A DNA stretch of 64,000 nt, from sequence record NC_019410.1; one strand, written 5' to 3'. This document shows, one piece after another, positions 1-10,955 of the stretch. A program made the translations under genes and the position numbers. The notes under the pieces are model-generated. The model was not told the origin of the DNA and did no database searches. It saw nothing but the letters and a program-made list of their open reading frames with translations. The stretch's first letter is position 1. Each line of letters begins with the position of its first letter.

Positions 1-3000
1 TACCTGACCGGCAACCCGACCTCGCCCACGCGGGGCGCGCCGACGTTCGGCCGCCGCCAGCCCTATACCGGCACCATGACCTTCGACGCGCGCCCGGCGG
101 GCCGGGCCGGTGGCATGGGCGGCCTGTTCGCCGCCATGGGTTCGGGCGCGGCGACCGCCGCCACCGGAGCCTTCACGGGCCTGCGCAAGGCGCTCAACGT
201 CCTGCCCGGCGTCGCCCTCGGCGCGGCGGTCGCCCTGGCGATCTTCGGCAACAGCATCACCAAGCTGAACGACAAGGCCGTCTCGTACAACAACATCGCC
301 GCCGGAGCCCTGGGCACGGCGGGCGACGAGATCGGCAACGGCATGACCGGGCTGATCAACGGCATCCGGGGTCTTTTCGGCGCCCAGCAGAAGGCCCAGG
401 GCACCGGCGATTGGCTGGTGGACCTCTCTGCCACGCTGATCGTCTTCGGCAAGGCCATCTTCACCCTGGCGACCACGCTCGGTAAAATCCTCGGCACGCT
501 GATGGCCAATGTCATCATCCCGTGGATCGAACTGGGCCAAAAGGTCGCTTCGGGCGACCTGAAGGGCGCGGCGGGCAAGGCCGGCGAGGTCCTGATGGGG
601 CAGATCGGCAAGGGCAATCGCGAGCGCTGGGCCGAACTGGGTAAGGAACTGGGCAAGGACTGGGGCAAGGCCCTGGACTACGCGGGCACGCGCCAGTCGA
701 TCGTCAACGGCGCCCTGAAGTCGGCGGCCGGCGACAGCGCCGCCCAGCAGGGGGCCAACGCCGCCGAGAAGATGACCGAGGCGGCTCTGGCGCAGATGAA
801 GGCCGCCGACCAGCAGGCCCTCGCCGCCGCCGACTTGAAGGACGCCACGGCGAACTTCAAGAAGGACCTGGAGCCGCTCAACTTCAACGACCTCTTCAAG
901 CGCGCCGCCGCCCTGGCCGACGGCAGCTTCGCGCGCACCGCCGCCGCGTCCAAGCCGGGTGGCATGATGGCGCCGCCGGCCGTGGCGACGCAACAGACCG
1001 CCGCCGCCGTCAAGGCGACCATCGCCTCGATGGGCGATCGCGTGTACGCGACGGCCGGGCAGCATCTCGGTCAGACCGAGGCCAAGGACGCCGCGTCCCT
1101 GCAAGCCTACTTCAAGGCCAACGGCGTCACCATCGATCCCAAGAAGCTCTCCTGGTGCGCGGCCTTCGTCAACGCCGTCCTGGCCCAGAACGGGCTCTCG
1201 GGCTCGGGCTCGCTGGCGGCCTCGTCCTTCAAGGACTATGGCGACGAGGTCTCGCGCACCGACGCCCGCAAGGGCGACATCGTCGTCCTCAAGCCCCAGG
1301 CGGCGGGCGCGACCGGTCACGTCGGCTTCCTCGACGGCTTCGACCGCCACGGCAATGTGCGGGTGCTGGGCGGCAACCAGGGCGCGGCCGGCGGCGGCGG
1401 CGTCAACGTCTCGACCTTCGCCTCCAATCAGGTCGTCTCCTTCCGCCGCACGGGCAGCGGCGGGGCCTCCAACTTCCTGGGCGGCGGCATCACCGAGGCC
1501 CAGGGCGAAGAAGGCGGCTCGCGCTACGAGCGCCGGATGAACGCCTTCAAGGCGCTCGGGACGATCACCGGCCAAGCCTCGCCGGCCGCCGACGCCCTGG
1601 CCGACTACCAAGGCAACCTCGAAAAGCTGCGCGACATCATCGTCTCGGAAGAGAAGCTGCTGAAGGACGTCGGGGCCGACGGCCAGTCGTTCTTCAACAA
1701 GACGAACCTGGAAGCCCTGGTCGCCGCTCAGAAGAAGTGGAACCGCTCGATCGTCGAGGCGCTCAACCCGATCGCCAAGGAAGCCCGGACCCTGTCTGAG
1801 GCCAACGACGTCCTGCAATTGCGCGCCAAGGGCCTGTCGCAGGAAGCCGACTGGCAAGAGCGTCTGACCGAACTGCGCAACTCCGGCATCAATGTCGACC
1901 TGATGCAGGATGAGGCCAAGTGGACCCAGTACCTGAACGAGTTGAAGAAGCAGGGCCTGGAGATCGACGTCAAGGCCCTGCAACTGAAGCCGGACGAACT
2001 GCGCTACCAGCAGGGTCGCGCCGAGGCGCTCCAGGCTGAACTCGACCTGACCAAGGCGCTGAACGACGCCAAGCTGGCGGGCATCGCCCGCACCGGCTCC
2101 AGCTACGACCGCACCCTGTCGGGCCTCGTCGCTGGCAAGGGCCGCGACGGCGAGACGCTCGACCAGACCCGCCAGCGTCTGGCGGGTTCGGTTGGCAGCG
2201 ACGGCCGCAACGCGCTGGAGGCCCTGCAAGAGCAGGCCGGCGTGATGGAAGGCTCGCGCATGGCCGACGTCAAGGCCAGCATGCAGTCGCAGCTTGAGAT
2301 CATGCGCGAGAGCGCGCGCCTCAACAACACCCAGCGCGGCATCTACGACGACTACCGCAACATCCTGGGCGAACTGCTGAACAAGCAGGGCGCCTCGCTG
2401 AAGGAACTGCTGGACTCGGCCGACGAGGAGACCAAGCGTCTCGCCCAGTCGTTCGTCCGCGCCAAGGCGGACTTCGAAAACCCGCCCGGCTTCCAGAAGT
2501 GGGCCGACTCCCTGGAGCCGCTGAACAAGCGCCTCCAGGACATCAAGGCCAACTTCCTCGACAACTTCTCCGGCGGCATCACCGATGCGCTGCTGGGCGA
2601 GAAGGTCGACTGGAAGGCGATGCTGCACGACACCTTCAAACAGATGCTGCGCGCCCAGGTCGATGAGGGTCTGAAGAGCCTCACCTACAAGCTGCTCGGC
2701 CAAGGAGGCGACCAGGGCGCGGCCCAAACCCCCGAAGCCCAGGCGCTGGTCTCGGCGGCCGATGTCCAATTGCAGGCCGGCAACAGCCTGCAACAAGCCG
2801 CCGCCAGCCTGATGCAGGCGGCTCAGACCACCGCGACCGCCGGCGCGGGCGGCGGCCTGGGCGTGATGACGGGCGGACCCGCGATGGGCGGCCTCGGCGG
2901 TCTCCTGGGTGGTGGCGGCGGCCTCGGCGCGCTGGCCGGCGTCCTGGGCGGCGGCGACGGCACGGCGACCAACCCGTTCTCGATCGCCGACACCATCCTC

Positions 3001-3783
3001 AAGCCCCTGGTCGTCGACCAGACCGGCGGACCGGGTTTCCAGGCGGCGGGCGCGGCGCTCCAGGGCCTGAACATCACTCCGCCGGGCGGCGGCGGCTTCC
3101 TGTCGGGCCTGGGCTCGATGTTCCAAGGGGGCCTGGGCTCGATGCTGCAAGGCGCTCTGAGCTTCGCCGGCCCGCTGCTGGGCGGCCTGCTGACGGGGGG
3201 CAAGAAGAGCCCCAAGACGCCGGCGAGCTATCGCATGCCGGGCGGCGTCATCGGTCAGGCGAGCACCAACAGCGTCTCGGGTCGCGTGATCGGTCCCAAG
3301 CAGAACCTGATCGGCTCTCTAGCGAACCTGGGCTTCCAGTTGTTCGCGGGCGGCATGGGTGGCGGCGGCGGCCTGATGAGCATGTTCGGCATGGGCGGCG
3401 CTGGCGGCGCGGGAAGCTTCATCGGCTTCAAGGAAGGCGGCCTGACGGGCGCGCCAGTCAACCGTTACACCGTCTCCTCGCTGGGCTCGATGTTCGCCAA
3501 CGCTCCGCACTATGCCGAGGGCACCAGCAACACCAAGCTGGCCAACGGCGGCATGCCGGCGATCGTCCACCCGGACGAGGCGGTGATCCCGCTGTCGCGT
3601 GGCCGCAACGTCCCGGTGGAACTGAAGGGCGCCGGCGGCGGAAGCTCGACCACCGTGGTCTCGCCGATCACCGTCTACGCCAACGACGTCGATAGCTTCC
3701 GCCCGGCCCAGGCGCAGATCGCCCGCAAGCAGAACCGCACCCTGCGCCGCGCGGCCCTGCGCAACGCCTCGATGGTCAACTAG
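1..3783 (+). CDS. Tail tape measure protein (5'-truncated by the window edge) with an internal TIGR02594-like peptidoglycan peptidase domain
   Basis: The frame is open from base 1. The protein is Ala/Gly-rich and helical, contains WCAAFVN...GDIVVL...GHVGF...VLGGNQ, ends in a GTA-type TMP C-terminus (YAEG...AIVHPDEAVIPLSRG) and lies directly upstream of the Dit gene. Confidence 0.9.
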   Translation, partial: YLTGNPTSPTRGAPTFGRRQPYTGTMTFDARPAGRAGGMGGLFAAMGSGAATAATGAFTGLRKALNVLPGVALGAAVALAIFGNSITKLNDKAVSYNNIAAGALGTAGDEIGNGMTGLINGIRGLFGAQQKAQGTGDWLVDLSATLIVFGKAIFTLATTLGKILGTLMANVIIPWIELGQKVASGDLKGAAGKAGEVLMGQIGKGNRERWAELGKELGKDWGKALDYAGTRQSIVNGALKSAAGDSAAQQGANAAEKMTEAALAQMKAADQQALAAADLKDATANFKKDLEPLNFNDLFKRAAALADGSFARTAAASKPGGMMAPPAVATQQTAAAVKATIASMGDRVYATAGQHLGQTEAKDAASLQAYFKANGVTIDPKKLSWCAAFVNAVLAQNGLSGSGSLAASSFKDYGDEVSRTDARKGDIVVLKPQAAGATGHVGFLDGFDRHGNVRVLGGNQGAAGGGGVNVSTFASNQVVSFRRTGSGGASNFLGGGITEAQGEEGGSRYERRMNAFKALGTITGQASPAADALADYQGNLEKLRDIIVSEEKLLKDVGADGQSFFNKTNLEALVAAQKKWNRSIVEALNPIAKEARTLSEANDVLQLRAKGLSQEADWQERLTELRNSGINVDLMQDEAKWTQYLNELKKQGLEIDVKALQLKPDELRYQQGRAEALQAELDLTKALNDAKLAGIARTGSSYDRTLSGLVAGKGRDGETLDQTRQRLAGSVGSDGRNALEALQEQAGVMEGSRMADVKASMQSQLEIMRESARLNNTQRGIYDDYRNILGELLNKQGASLKELLDSADEETKRLAQSFVRAKADFENPPGFQKWADSLEPLNKRLQDIKANFLDNFSGGITDALLGEKVDWKAMLHDTFKQMLRAQVDEGLKSLTYKLLGQGGDQGAAQTPEAQALVSAADVQLQAGNSLQQAAASLMQAAQTTATAGAGGGLGVMTGGPAMGGLGGLLGGGGGLGALAGVLGGGDGTATNPFSIADTILKPLVVDQTGGPGFQAAGAALQGLNITPPGGGGFLSGLGSMFQGGLGSMLQGALSFAGPLLGGLLTGGKKSPKTPASYRMPGGVIGQASTNSVSGRVIGPKQNLIGSLANLGFQLFAGGMGGGGGLMSMFGMGGAGGAGSFIGFKEGGLTGAPVNRYTVSSLGSMFANAPHYAEGTSNTKLANGGMPAIVHPDEAVIPLSRGRNVPVELKGAGGGSSTTVVSPITVYANDVDSFRPAQAQIARKQNRTLRRAALRNASMVN

Positions 3784-3798
3784 CTGTCACCCACGACA

Positions 3799-3814
3799 GT
3801 CGTGAATCTTGACG
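3799..3814 (+). promoter_or_regulatory. Recurrent phage promoter/operator motif GTCGTGAATCTTGACG (contains -35 TTGAC)
   Basis: Intergenic copy before the Dit gene; ATGGTTAA follows at 3853-3860. Confidence 0.65.
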
Positions 3815-3866
3815 TTCCTGGATGATCGTGGCATCCAGGGACACCTCCTTTCATGGTTAATGCCCG

Positions 3867-4517
3867 ATGCCGAGCTTCCACGACGTCCTGTTCCCCGAGA
3901 CTATCAGCTACGGCTCGTCAGGCGGGCCGAAGTTCAAGACCACGATCTTCCAGGCCGACAGCGGCTTTGAGCAGCGCAACAAGGACTGGAGCGACATCCG
4001 CTGCGAGTACGATGTCGCCCAGTCGATCCGCTCGACCGAGGACATGGACGAGCTTCGCGCCTTCTTCATGGCCCGCAACGGTCGCGCCCATGGCTTCCGC
4101 TACAAGGACTGGGGCGACTTCCGCCTCAAGAACCAGTTGATCGGCGTCGGCGACGGCCTCACCAAGGTCTTCCAGATCGTCAAGACCTATACCAGCGTCG
4201 CCCACGACGGCACCGAGTACACCTACACCCGCACGATCCGCAAGCCCAAGTGGGACTCGATCGCCGGCGTCAAGGTCGGCGCCGTGGTTCAGGTCGCCCC
4301 GACCAACTACGAGGTCGACTATTCGACCGGCCTGATGACCTTCGTCACCGCGCCGCCGGCCGACGCCCCGGTCACCATTGGCCTGGGCGAGTTCCACGTC
4401 CCCGTCCGCTTCGACACCGACTTCATGGACGTCACCCAGGAGTTCTGGATGCGCGAGACGTGGCCCAACATCCCGATCGTCGAAATCCGTGACTGGCAAG
4501 AGGCCCTGACGCCGTGA
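3867..4517 (+). CDS. Distal tail protein (DUF2460/TIGR02217, GTA-like)
   Basis: FP..ISYGSSGGP.F.T, FF.AR.GRAHGFR.KDW.D and F.VPVRFDTD signatures; located after the TMP. Confidence 0.85.
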   Translation: MPSFHDVLFPETISYGSSGGPKFKTTIFQADSGFEQRNKDWSDIRCEYDVAQSIRSTEDMDELRAFFMARNGRAHGFRYKDWGDFRLKNQLIGVGDGLTKVFQIVKTYTSVAHDGTEYTYTRTIRKPKWDSIAGVKVGAVVQVAPTNYEVDYSTGLMTFVTAPPADAPVTIGLGEFHVPVRFDTDFMDVTQEFWMRETWPNIPIVEIRDWQEALTP

Positions 4518-6139
4518 AATCCGTCCCCGAAGACCTGATGGCGCACCTCCAGGAGGAGGTGACCACGCTCGCGACGTGCATCACGATCGTGCGCCAGGAC
4601 GGCAAGGCGTTCTTCATGACCGACCACGATCGGCCGATCAAGTTCGAGAACCAGACCTACGTCCCCTACGACTCCTACCAGCGCACGTCGATCCTGATGT
4701 CGTCGGAACTGGAAGTCGACACCGCCGACATCACCGCCTTCCTGACCTCGAACGGGGTGACGCGCGACGACGTGGCCTCGGGCCTGTTCGACTATGCCGC
4801 GATCAAGGTCCAGTTGCTGAACTACGAGCGGCCCGAGGACGGGGCGATCCTGCTCCGCAAGGGCACGTTCGGCGAAGTGACCATGAACCAGGACGAGACC
4901 TTCTCGGCCGAAATCCGGGGCATGACCCAGGTCCTGACCTACCGGGTCGGGGAGACCTACGCGCCCGAGTGCCGGGCCGACCTCGGCGACCGCCGCTGCA
5001 AGATCGGACTGATGCCGGAGGAATGGCAGGCCAACAAATACTACGGCCTCGACGCCTGCGTGCTGGGCGAACTCGTCGCCCCTACGTCGTTCGTCAATCC
5101 CGTGGTCGTCAACGGCAACTTCGAGGACGGCGCCCTCAACGCCGTCGTCACCGCGCCGACGGGCTGGGTGGCCTATGGCGATCCGACCAGCCGCTGGGTC
5201 TACAAGCACGACTGGTACAATCTGTCTCGCCCGCAGGTCGGCAATCAGTTCATCGCCGCCACCCGCACCTCGATCTCCGACAAGCAGGAAATCGCCGGCA
5301 TCTACCAGGACATCAACCTCGTCTCCGCCGGCGTGCCCGCCGCCGCGATCGACGGCGGCCTCTGCCGCGTGCGCTACAAGTCCTTCGCCGCCTGCCTCAA
5401 CAACCGCGCCCAATCGCGCGAGCGCCTGACCTGCATCAAGGCCGACGGCTCGGTGGAGACGATCTGGGACACCGGTGAGATCAAGTACCCCGAGGACCGC
5501 TGGATCGCGGTCAACGCCGACGACGTCCTGATCCCGGCCGGCACGCGCGTCCTGCGCATCGACCTGTGGTCCAAGAAGCGCAGCGTCCACGAGGAGGGCG
5601 CGGCCTATGACGGGATCAGCCTGTCGATCAACCTGCCGGCGGGCACGGCCGGCAACGCCAACGTCTATGGCGGGGTGATGTTCAAGTGCATCCAGGCGGG
5701 GATCAGCGGCGGCACCGAGCCGGCCTGGACCAACGAACTGGGGGCCACCTATACCGACGGCACGGTCATCTGGCAGTGCGTGTCCAACTACAAGAAGGTG
5801 GGCACGGTCGCCACGGTCGCCTCCAACAAGTCGTTCACCTCGACCGACATCACCGAGCCGGCCGGTCACTATGACGGCGGCGTGCTCTACTGGGAAACCG
5901 GCCGCAACGCCGGACGCGCCCAGGAGATCAAGACCTGGGCCGCCAACCTCTTCACGCTCTTCCAGCGCACCTACTATCCGATCACGGCGGGCGACCGCTT
6001 CGTGGTCTATCCCGGCTGCGACAAGCGCCGCGCCACCTGCGCCGACAAGTTCCACAACATCCACAACTTCCGCGCCGAGCCCGACGTGCCCGGTCAGGAC
6101 ATCTACTACCGCACGCCCAACGCTCCGGAGCAGGAATGA
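4514..6139 (+). CDS. Baseplate hub protein (DUF2163/BR0599-like) with an inserted carbohydrate-binding-like module
   Basis: N-terminal TTLATC..I.R.DG....TDHDR, central CRA.LGD.RC and C-terminal GD.F..YPGCDK....C..KF.N..NFR.EP.VPG. Confidence 0.85.
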   Translation: MKSVPEDLMAHLQEEVTTLATCITIVRQDGKAFFMTDHDRPIKFENQTYVPYDSYQRTSILMSSELEVDTADITAFLTSNGVTRDDVASGLFDYAAIKVQLLNYERPEDGAILLRKGTFGEVTMNQDETFSAEIRGMTQVLTYRVGETYAPECRADLGDRRCKIGLMPEEWQANKYYGLDACVLGELVAPTSFVNPVVVNGNFEDGALNAVVTAPTGWVAYGDPTSRWVYKHDWYNLSRPQVGNQFIAATRTSISDKQEIAGIYQDINLVSAGVPAAAIDGGLCRVRYKSFAACLNNRAQSRERLTCIKADGSVETIWDTGEIKYPEDRWIAVNADDVLIPAGTRVLRIDLWSKKRSVHEEGAAYDGISLSINLPAGTAGNANVYGGVMFKCIQAGISGGTEPAWTNELGATYTDGTVIWQCVSNYKKVGTVATVASNKSFTSTDITEPAGHYDGGVLYWETGRNAGRAQEIKTWAANLFTLFQRTYYPITAGDRFVVYPGCDKRRATCADKFHNIHNFRAEPDVPGQDIYYRTPNAPEQE

Positions 6140-6561
6140 CCCGCGACGACATCGTGACCGAAGCGCGCCGCTATGTCGCGCTCCAAACCCCCTGGCGTCA
6201 TCGAGGCCGCACCGAACGCGGCCTCGACTGCATCGGGCTGGCCGTCATGATCTTCGAGAAATTCAACCTGGAATACATGGACCAGGACGGTTACGCGCGC
6301 ACGCCCGACGGCGAGAAGTTCGTCGAGGTGATCCGCCAGCACATGACCCTGGCCGATCCGACGGCGCTCAAGCCGGGCATGCTGCTGCTGTTCAACGACG
6401 ACGCCCGGCCCTGCCATGTCGGCATCCTGGCGCGCCAGCACGGACGCCTGACCCTGATCCACGCGACCGCCGACAAGAAGCGGACGGTCGAGGAAGTCTA
6501 TGACCGCCGCTATGCCGCCCGGTTCCGCATGGCCTTCGATTTCCCCGGCGTTGAGGACTAA
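6136..6561 (+). CDS. NlpC/P60 family tail-associated cell wall peptidase
   Basis: TPWRHRGR...GLDCIGL and CHVGIL motifs; GTA-like gene order. Confidence 0.9.
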   Translation: MTRDDIVTEARRYVALQTPWRHRGRTERGLDCIGLAVMIFEKFNLEYMDQDGYARTPDGEKFVEVIRQHMTLADPTALKPGMLLLFNDDARPCHVGILARQHGRLTLIHATADKKRTVEEVYDRRYAARFRMAFDFPGVED

Positions 6562-6563
6562 TC

Positions 6564-9500
6564 ATGGCCGCCGCCATTGCCCTTCCGATCGTCTCCGCCA
6601 TTGTCAGCACGGCGATCAGCTACGCCTTCCCGAGTGACGGCCCGCGCCTGCGCGACACTAAGGTCTCGGCCTCGACCTATGGCAACGTGATCCCGGAAAT
6701 CTACGGGACCGCGCGTGTCGGCGGCAACATGATCTGGTCCAAGCCGTTCACCGAGAAGAAGAAAAAGAAGCGGGCCGGCAAGGGCGGCTCCTACTACAAC
6801 GAGTACACCTACTACTGCGACTTCGCCATGGCCTTCTGCCGGGGACCGGTCAAGGAAGTGCGCCGCATCTGGGCCGACGGCAAGGTGATCTACGACACCA
6901 CCGGCGGCTCGGAGGTGATCGACAACAACAAGTACCGCTTCCGCTTCTATCCCGGCGACGAGGCGCAGCTTCCCGACAGCCTCATCGTCGAGGACAAGGG
7001 CGCCGACTACGCGCCCGCCTATCGCGGGCTCTGCTATGTCGTGTTCGACGACTTCGCCCTGGCCGATTTCGGCAACCGCATCCCGCAGATCATGGCCGAA
7101 GTCTACGCCGGCGACGAAGGCGGCGCGGCGATCACCGACATCGTCCCGCTGCCTAGTTCTCCGGTCACCGGCGGCTCCTACCAGCTTGGCCAGATGATGA
7201 TCGACGCCGACCGGGGCTACTTCTACCTCGTCGATTCGGTGTCCAACCCGGCGGGCACCGTCCTGCGTCGCTTCCTGCTGGCGAACGGTAAGGAAGACCG
7301 TCGTGAGATCGTCTCGATCCCGCAGGCCCAGTTCCCGCCCTCGGTCTATGACAGCCCCGACCTGACCTCGGTCCGGGCGGTCACCTCCAAGGGCGAGCTT
7401 CTCTGCGTCTTCGGCGGCATCAACAACTACATGCGGATCGAGAAGCTCGATCCCTATTCCTGGCAGTCCCTGGGGACGATCGGCCGCAGCTATCCCTTCG
7501 AGGGTACTCCCGAAAACAGCCTGGAGCACTCCAACACCAACTTCGAGATTTCGCGGGACGAGAAGGGCAACTACCTCTGCCTGACGCTGGGGGTGTTTGG
7601 CGAATACAACATCTTCGACCCCTCCGACATGTCGTTCAAGGGCAAGGGGGAAATGGCCGGATGGGGCGGTCCGGCGACGCCGATGTACATCTGCGCCCGC
7701 CAAGGCGGCTCGGCGGCCTCCCGCCGCTTCTATCACGTCACCTATACGGGCGGGGCGTCCTTGCAGGTGTGCAGCCTGGGCGAGGTGCTCTACAATCACC
7801 CGCTCGACCATCCTGGCGATTCCCAGACCGCGACGTCCTGGGCTTTCTGGGACGAGGGCGATCCGGGCGTGGTCTTCTTCTATTCCGACGGCCCCAACCG
7901 CTACATCGCCAAGTGGTCCGAATCCACTGGCGTGCTGGCCTGGAAGACCCAGCTTCGCAACGGCGATCCGTTCTGCGGCTACGGAGTCTACGGCCTGCGC
8001 GCCCGGATCAAGGATAACGAGTTCCACTGGGTCTATAACAAGCACCTGTTCTCGATCAACACCGCCACGGGGCAGTGGATCGACCGGACCTTCGACCAGG
8101 ACTTCTACAAGAGCGACAACGACAAGACCGCCGAACAGGTCAACGACGGCGACAAGGGCCTGCTGCTGCCGCGCGACATCTCCGAGGACTATGTCATCTA
8201 CGATCCGCGCCGCAACATCGTGATTTGCATCGGGGCGATTCAAGCCCAGAACGGTATCGTCCACGTCGGCGGCTATACGGGCGGCAAGACTTCGGTGGGG
8301 GCCATCGTCGAGCGTCTGCTGGTCTCCACGGGGCAGATGACCTCGAACGACTATGATCTGACGCCGCTCTATGACATCCCGGTCTACGGGTATGGCTACG
8401 CCTCTTCGACCGATATCAAGTCGATCATCGCCGAACTGCGCAACCTCTTCATGTTCGATCTCGTCGAAAGCGACGGCCGGCTGGTCGCGCGCGTGCGCGG
8501 CGATCAGGACCCCGATGCCGAGGTGCCCTGGAAGCTCCTGGGCTCCCAGGGCGGCCCGACCCCGGACAAGGCCGACTACTGGAAAGAGACCCGGATGTCG
8601 GAGTCCGATCTTCCGGCCTCGATCGACCTGACCTATTCGAACATCGACGACGACTATAACCCGTCGACGGCCAAGTCCAAGCGGATCGCCTCGCCGGTGG
8701 CGACCATGCTGTCGCGCCAGCAGGTCAAGGCCGAGTGCAACCTCGTCATGGACGCGACCGAGGCCAAGAACCGCGTCAACATCATGCTCTACACCCAGTG
8801 GGAGGAGCGCACGCAGCACCAGACGGCCCTTCCCTGGCTCTACGCCAATCTCGACGCCTCGGACCTGATCTCGGTGACCATGGAGGACGGTCGCAACTAC
8901 TTCGAGCGGATCGGCTCGATCGAGTTCGGCGCCGACTTCTCCTCGCGCCTGGAAACCTACGGTACCGACAGCGGCGCCTACCTTTCGGACAAGACCGGCG
9001 ACGGCGGCGGCGCCGGACGGCCCACGGTCGTGCCGGCCCCCAAGCCGGTGGTGGGCTTCATCCTCAACACCCCGCTGCTGCGCGACACCCACGACAGCGG
9101 CGGCAACTTCTCCAACTGGTATAGCGCCATCGGCGCCGGCGCGCCGGGCGTGTTCCTCGGCGGCACGATGTTCAAGTCCGCCAATTCGCAGGACTACATC
9201 GATCTCTACCAGGAGCCGGAGAGCGCAGAGTGGGGCACGGTGATGGGTGTCGTGCCCTCGCCCTCGCATGGCTGGTTCGCGCTCGACTGGGAGACGCGCA
9301 TCACCATCACGCCGGCGGTCGACTTCTTCGAACTGGAATCGATCACCGACGACGAGCTTTGGGAAGGCCTCAACCTCGTGGTGATCGGCGACGAGGTCCT
9401 CCAGTTCCGCGACGCGGTCCAGAACGCCGACGGCACCTGGACGATCTGGAACCTGCTGCGCGGCCGGCGCGGGACGCAGTACGCCTGCGACAATCACAAG

Positions 9501-10040
9501 GCCGGCGAGCGGTTCGTCTTCCTTGACGAGCGCTCGATCGAGTTCCAGGCCGAAAACCTCGACACCTCGGGTCAGAACCGCTGGTATAAGGCCGTCGGCT
9601 CGGGCATGTCGCTGTTCGAGACCGATCCGATCCAGATCAACTACCAGCCCCGCGACCTCATGCCCTACCGCCCGGCCGACATCCGTCGGGCGGTCGCGGG
9701 CGGCGACGTCACCGTAACCTGGAAGCGCCGCACGCGTTTCACGGCCACGCTGAAGGATGGCACCGGCGTGGTCAGCCTCAATGAAGGGACGGAAGCCTAC
9801 GAGGCCTATGTGCTCGCCGCGCCGTACTCGGGGGACCTGTCGCGTCAAGACGCGCCGACCGTCTACCGTCGCAAATACACCCTGACGAGCCCGAGCTTCA
9901 CCTACACGGCGGCCGAGCAGACGGCCGACGGATTTGACGTGAATCTTGACACTCTGCACGTGGTGATCTATCAGTTGAGTTCGGTTGTTGGTCGGGGTTT
10001 CCCCGGCGCGCGCTCGATTGAGTCCTGGCAGGACTTCTAA
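6564..10040 (+). CDS. Central tail fibre / tip attachment (J-like, GTA host-specificity) protein
   Basis: STYG..IP.IYGT.RVGGN.IW, RIWADGK, PAYRGLCY.VF..F.L..FGNRIP and NLLRGRRGT motifs. Confidence 0.85.
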   Translation: MAAAIALPIVSAIVSTAISYAFPSDGPRLRDTKVSASTYGNVIPEIYGTARVGGNMIWSKPFTEKKKKKRAGKGGSYYNEYTYYCDFAMAFCRGPVKEVRRIWADGKVIYDTTGGSEVIDNNKYRFRFYPGDEAQLPDSLIVEDKGADYAPAYRGLCYVVFDDFALADFGNRIPQIMAEVYAGDEGGAAITDIVPLPSSPVTGGSYQLGQMMIDADRGYFYLVDSVSNPAGTVLRRFLLANGKEDRREIVSIPQAQFPPSVYDSPDLTSVRAVTSKGELLCVFGGINNYMRIEKLDPYSWQSLGTIGRSYPFEGTPENSLEHSNTNFEISRDEKGNYLCLTLGVFGEYNIFDPSDMSFKGKGEMAGWGGPATPMYICARQGGSAASRRFYHVTYTGGASLQVCSLGEVLYNHPLDHPGDSQTATSWAFWDEGDPGVVFFYSDGPNRYIAKWSESTGVLAWKTQLRNGDPFCGYGVYGLRARIKDNEFHWVYNKHLFSINTATGQWIDRTFDQDFYKSDNDKTAEQVNDGDKGLLLPRDISEDYVIYDPRRNIVICIGAIQAQNGIVHVGGYTGGKTSVGAIVERLLVSTGQMTSNDYDLTPLYDIPVYGYGYASSTDIKSIIAELRNLFMFDLVESDGRLVARVRGDQDPDAEVPWKLLGSQGGPTPDKADYWKETRMSESDLPASIDLTYSNIDDDYNPSTAKSKRIASPVATMLSRQQVKAECNLVMDATEAKNRVNIMLYTQWEERTQHQTALPWLYANLDASDLISVTMEDGRNYFERIGSIEFGADFSSRLETYGTDSGAYLSDKTGDGGGAGRPTVVPAPKPVVGFILNTPLLRDTHDSGGNFSNWYSAIGAGAPGVFLGGTMFKSANSQDYIDLYQEPESAEWGTVMGVVPSPSHGWFALDWETRITITPAVDFFELESITDDELWEGLNLVVIGDEVLQFRDAVQNADGTWTIWNLLRGRRGTQYACDNHKAGERFVFLDERSIEFQAENLDTSGQNRWYKAVGSGMSLFETDPIQINYQPRDLMPYRPADIRRAVAGGDVTVTWKRRTRFTATLKDGTGVVSLNEGTEAYEAYVLAAPYSGDLSRQDAPTVYRRKYTLTSPSFTYTAAEQTADGFDVNLDTLHVVIYQLSSVVGRGFPGARSIESWQDF

Positions 10041-10112
10041 GCCCCCTTTCCACAATCCCGCGATCCCGGCCTGGGCGCCGGGATCGTCCCTTGTCATAAA
10101 AGTCGTGGAACG

Positions 10113-10955
10113 ATGAGCAATACGCCGATCCTGAGCATCCCCCAGGTTGCCCCCAACCAGAACCAAAAAGAAGACACGATCAACACGGGTCTGGCGATCC
10201 TGGAGGCGGCCCAGAACGACGACATCCAGCTTACGGTGTCGTCTGGCAACTACAACCTCACCACCGTTCAGTTCACCCGCGCCTTCCTGCATCGCTATGC
10301 GGGCCACACCAACGCCACGGTCGTGGTGGTCATCCCCAACACCCCGCGCTGGTTCGCCGTCGCCAACGAAGGCGGCTACGCGATGGGCCTGAAGGTCTTC
10401 GGGCAAACCCCGGTGACCACCATCCAGCCGGGCAAGATCGTCCTCTTCCAGTCCGACGGGACCACGCTGCGCGCGATCTCCGAGGGCGTCAGCCGCATCT
10501 TCGACCTGTCCGACGTCGATGGCTCCGACACGCCGTCCGACGGACAGGTCCTGGTCTGGAGCGCCACGACCAGCCGGTTCGAGCCGGCCGATCTGCCGGC
10601 CGATGTCGACTTCTGGACGACGGGCGTCACCCCCAACGACGGCGTCGTGCTGCGCAAGCTCTTTCTGCGCCCCGTGCGCTTCCTGGCCAACTTCCTGGGC
10701 TCGGTCGCCAAGGCGGGCGTCGCGGCGACCGCCAGCACCGTCTTCACGGTCAAGAAGACCACCGGAGTCACCACCACCACGGTCGGGACCATCACCTTCA
10801 CGGGCTCTTCGGCCGCCTTCTCGACGGACCAGGGCAGCGGCGCGGTCACCGTCAACTTCGGGGCCGGCGACGTCATGACCATCACCGGACCGGCCTCGGC
10901 CGACGCCACCCTCGCTGACATCGTCGCTTCCCTCAAGGGCGTCATCCTGCAATGA
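10113..10955 (+). CDS. DUF2793-like tail fibre protein (short paralogue)
   Basis: N-terminal TP.L.IP.VAPNQNQKE.TIN.GL..LE; its N- and C-terminal domains are shared with the next gene. Confidence 0.7.
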   Translation: MSNTPILSIPQVAPNQNQKEDTINTGLAILEAAQNDDIQLTVSSGNYNLTTVQFTRAFLHRYAGHTNATVVVVIPNTPRWFAVANEGGYAMGLKVFGQTPVTTIQPGKIVLFQSDGTTLRAISEGVSRIFDLSDVDGSDTPSDGQVLVWSATTSRFEPADLPADVDFWTTGVTPNDGVVLRKLFLRPVRFLANFLGSVAKAGVAATASTVFTVKKTTGVTTTTVGTITFTGSSAAFSTDQGSGAVTVNFGAGDVMTITGPASADATLADIVASLKGVILQ

